Part shown: one piece after another, positions 60,601 to 64,000 of the stretch
Layout of the letters: each line of letters opens with the position of its first letter
How positions within the stretch are numbered: the first letter of the stretch is position 1
Assembly (NCBI GenBank): GCA_002633005.1
Contig: NMRA01000006.1
Span: 1,508,442-1,572,441 of the forward strand
Origin: Phoronis australis
Lineage: Eukaryota; Animalia; Phoronida
DNA length: 64,000 nucleotides
Direction: 5' to 3'
The notes under the pieces: generated by a model
What the model saw: the letters and a program-made list of their open reading frames with translations, nothing else
Databases searched by the model: none
Told to the model about the DNA's origin: nothing
Position numbers and translations under genes: made by a program

Positions 60601-63492
60601 TGAAGACTATTGTCAACATAATCGGTAGACAGCTTTGCACCAAGGCTACTAGTAGCTGACAGGCAAGTCTGTACTTGTTGGGCTTTTTAGTTTTTGCAAT
60701 ATTCGTAAAAGGATTTCGATTACGAGAGTACTTGTTCAATGTCGAAAGATTTGATGATATCAGCTGCCTCCAAGGTGTGTCCATCAATGCTCGAAAGGTA
60801 CATAAAGTAATATGATTTTGATATTTTATCCAATCTTTCAGTGCACAGGATGTATGAGAGTGTGCTACACCTTGTGGAAGATATGTGACTGAAAACACAT
60901 CTGACTTACAGAAATGTTTTCCTCCGCTGAAGCTCAGTTGGTGTGAATGGATTGAATTGACTCAAATATTTGGTATTGTGGATATATACCACTAGCCAAC
61001 AAATAATTTTCTCAGCGCCCTATGTGATTGTGTGATGCAGTAAGATTTTTGTGTGAAACATCCGGAACACGTCAAAAAATTGTTATTGCTGTGCATATAA
61101 GCAGAGCCAATATTTGCTTTGCGCTCATGGATCTTAACAACAATTATAGTTGGTGCGGCCTAACTGTGTTTGTAGCACAACCAAAACTAAGGTTGTCTAA
61201 TGGTGCTTCAAAATTTTATGGAAGACAAAAGGTACCCATAAAACCAGCCATATTTAGCTTGAAACATTTTATGTGATGTATGATAAAACACTGTCATGTT
61301 GTTTCTCAAATATTTTGGGCCACGTCACACGTGTTCAAGGTGTGGCTTGTTAATGAAATATTTTTAGCACAATGTGTTTGTTTCAGCTAAGAGAAACGAT
61401 ATTTCAATTCGCTCAGAAAGAATTGGCCCCACATGCTGACACAATTGACAAAGAAAATGGCTGGTCTGACCTCAAGGTAGGTAAATCAGAATAGACAATG
61501 TCTGGTGGTTGTTGTGTGGTGATAGCTGTTCCCAGAACATTACTTGCATACTTGCTCCACCAAAGCCTGGTTATGTCAGATCTCCTATTAATGAATCCGA
61601 ACCCAGCTGTTGATCTACCAAGAGAGGTAACGACCTGTTATCGAGACTGCATAGTTAAAATGTCAATGTTCTCACCAAGCTTTTTGGTGGGACGCCATTC
61701 TCAAAAGCAGAGCAGTCTCTACAAGATGACTTGTCTTGATGTTTCATTTTATTAACTGCATGGTCTCGAGTAACAGCGAACTGTCACTTTGCATGACCAA
61801 ACTGATGTCTCACTGGAAAATTTATAGCAGCGAGTGGTCTAAATCAGAAGTTAGTTGATCGACCCTCTTAATTTTGCATATTTTCACACTAAGATAATGG
61901 CATTGCAGCGCTTCCGCTATTGCCGTGGTCATAGAAAATTTTTAGTCATCTGTTGTCACAATAAGATCCTAAGTGGTTGTGTTCACTGAACTATAGCATT
62001 TTACTTCTTAGGAATTCTGGAAAAAGTGTGGTAATCTTGGAATCCTGGGTATCACAGCTCCAGGTAAGTGGGTAGGGGTTCACATTTGCATAGAGAAGTT
62101 CTCCCCTAGAGGTATTTGCTAGCAACATGTTATACTACAAGCTGTCTGTTTTAGCAGTTGATTAACTCTTGAGTCATCATCTATTGTGTGGCGAGGCAAT
62201 AGTCATTCATTTACAGGGGTCCCCAGCTTTTGAGAACCAGTTTGGTGCCCTTTATTCAGTAGAGAAAACTGGTTCTTGAAATGCTGGTACCCCTGTAAGT
62301 GACTATTGGTGTGGCAATACAATAGCGACCACTTGGTTATGTTCATTGTTAGGTATCCTCTTAGCAGATCAAATCGCCCATTAAACTCTAAACAATTGAT
62401 TTTCCCAGTTGTTCTGCTCTCTGTTTTTCGATCAGGATTCACGTATACTGCCCAAGTGTGGTGACTGACAAAGTGTAGCTATGTATTTGAAACCGTATCA
62501 TTCAATTAAAAAATTCTCGCACATTATTGCTCTTCACCTCAAAAATATTCCATTGTCAATGTTTAGAGCTATATTTTGTGTGGATGTAACGTTTAGGATT
62601 TGGGAAATCTAGCTTCACGGGTGTGTAAACAATCCCTGAAAAACGGTCTTTTCTATTTCATGTCATGTATGTGTATTTCTTCCTGTAGCTGAATATGGTG
62701 GTAGTGAAGGATCTTACTTTGATCACGTGCTCATCATGGAGGAGCTGTCAAGAGTGCATGCTGGGATTGCCTTGAGCTACGGTGCTCACTCCAACCTTTG
62801 CGTAAACCAGATTGTACGCAATGGAAATGATAGGCAGAAAGAAAAGTTCCTTCCAAAAGTACGGTTCAATAAGTCTAAAAGTTTCTTTTTAAAGACGATT
62901 TGGACCACTTAGTCGTGTGCTTTGACTTTGTTTAAATCAGCTTGCATATCATGAATCTTTATGTAATAATCCACAGTGATTATGTTGTATAACATACATT
63001 AATCCCATATACGTGTGAATATGCCATGGAATATGATGTGGAATATGCCATTGAATACGGAAAGTAGAGCCACTCCTTATTCAGTGGTAGAGGCCGTATT
63101 TCACGGTTGATGTACAATCTCCTGGTGGAGTATATTCTCCTCTATTGTGGCAAGTTTGATTGGGCTTGTTCATTTGGGCTACCTTAATTATTGTTCGAAG
63201 GCATCATTCCTGAAAAAGCAGTTTTACTGCTCTAAAAACTGTAAACTTTCAGCAGAGATTTACCGACGAAAATTCAAATGCACGGTCATCAAGTGACTGT
63301 TTTTAGGCTTCGCTAGTTTTAATCTGGATCCCTTATTCATTAGCGCTTCCTGGTGAACGTAAAGTTGCCCACTAGAACTTATTTACTTCTTTCTACAGTT
63401 GATCTCTGGCGAAGCGATAGGAGCTCTGGCAATGAGTGAACATGGCAGTGGGTCTGATGTGGTCTCCATGAAATTGAAGGCTGAGAAAAAAG
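51646..63492 (+). CDS. IVD: Isovaleryl-CoA dehydrogenase, mitochondrial; exons 51646-51786, 61387-61476, 62012-62063, 62689-62858, 63399-63492; continues beyond window
   Basis: Basic targeting-like N-terminus, then [69 protein letters not shown]...IMEELSR...[18 protein letters not shown]...[34 protein letters not shown]. Exon sizes 90/52/170/94 match IVD as I recall it. Intron 1 is 9.6 kb. Confidence 0.93.
51980..54743 (+). repeat. ~1.3-kb direct duplication (51980-53274 / 53463-54743), each copy ending at a single N; third partial copy 55506-55672
   Basis: Near-identical copies end at the same base before the Ns at 53275 and 54744. Confidence 0.85.
53276..53462 (-). mobile_element. Gypsy-type LTR retrotransposon pol fragment (post-integrase GPY/F-like region)
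   Basis: YD...FRTGDLVFI...[24 protein letters not shown] matches the GPY/F module pattern. Confidence 0.7.
54745..55505. mobile_element. Right end of a probable hAT-like DNA element
   Basis: Five GGGCGTC subterminal motifs plus an inverted copy, terminus GAAGGCCTG, then an abrupt return to duplicated host sequence at ATCATCGA (55506). Confidence 0.5.
57842..59161 (-). mobile_element. Kolobok-like THAP DNA transposon relic with ~315-bp TIRs and TTAA ends
   Basis: TTAAAAGCGAAGG...CCTTCGCCTTTAA; the inverted repeats extend to about 58155 and 58842; an internal frameshifted THAP + CxxC/CxxxH ORF is present. Confidence 0.8.
58143..58891 (-). pseudogene. Frameshifted, truncated THAP-domain transposase N-terminus
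   Basis: [11 protein letters not shown]...RRF...RRTW...RVCGKHF, then after a frameshift LLKKGTIP (AVPT-box-like), a Ser/Pro linker, EPKF, and [12 protein letters not shown]...[19 protein letters not shown]; no DDE core. Confidence 0.75.
62195..62310. mobile_element. Short hairpin/MITE family copy (most complete)
   Basis: caatagtca...ttacaggggtccccagcttttgagaaccagtt...aactggttcttgaaatgctggtacccctgtaagtgactattg. Confidence 0.7.
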
Positions 63493-64000
63493 GTAGCAAT
63501 GAGCAGAGTTCAACGTGTAGTGTGCTGCTGAATAACCTAGGGGTGTGTTCTATTGATGTAAGAGTCTCATGAGAAAAGCTGGTGTGATCACATTCTTCGC
63601 TTGTATAGCATGGCATAATCTCACAAAACGTGCGTGGTCTTGTTTTCACGAGTTTCTCGTGTCTATGCACCGCAGGCCTGGGGAGATGGTATGGCTCAAA
63701 AATTTGTGACAACTGGGGTGGGAGGCAGCACTGATACCTTTCGCCCATGTTGGTGTAGTCCTGGCTATGCAACTGGATGTGATTTGTTGAGTATCTTGTT
63801 TGCAGTTAGCATGGGGTGGACATTTCTTGGGAACACCAAAAATCAACTTCATATAAATATGTGGGCGCATATTGCCATCATCTGCGTCTGAGCGTCTGGG
63901 CATCTGGTGTCCGCAGCTGTGTCTCCTAAACTCCTTGCAGTATCTTGATGAGAAATTGGCAGATGTGTTCCTATGAAGCTGACAGATGGCGACGAATTTC

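Overview
Intron-rich, AT-rich animal genomic DNA; an invertebrate origin, possibly mollusc or other lophotrochozoan, is my inference. Four spliced genes can be reconstructed exon by exon from GT-AG sites and reading phase. (1) The 5' part of TRAPPC9/NIBP (minus strand, runs off the left edge). (2) A complete 12-exon CLUAP1/IFT38 (minus). (3) A casein kinase I delta/epsilon (doubletime-like) gene (plus), head-to-head with CLUAP1. (4) The first five exons of IVD (plus). The main observation is the CK1 gene architecture. It carries two tandem pairs of equal-length paralogous kinase-domain exons (2a/2b, 111 nt each; 3a/3b, 149 nt each) with intact splice sites, plus at least three alternative C-terminal tails. 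This predicts a combinatorial mutually-exclusive-exon system in a core clock kinase. Also present: a candidate basic alternative last exon in CLUAP1, tandem arrays of duplicated splice donors in CLUAP1 and TRAPPC9, a Kolobok-like THAP transposon relic whose long TIRs include the ORF start, several MITE families and a tRNA-derived SINE. Three duplications abut single-N gaps and are most likely uncollapsed haplotype assembly artefacts. All coordinates were counted by hand and no database search was run.
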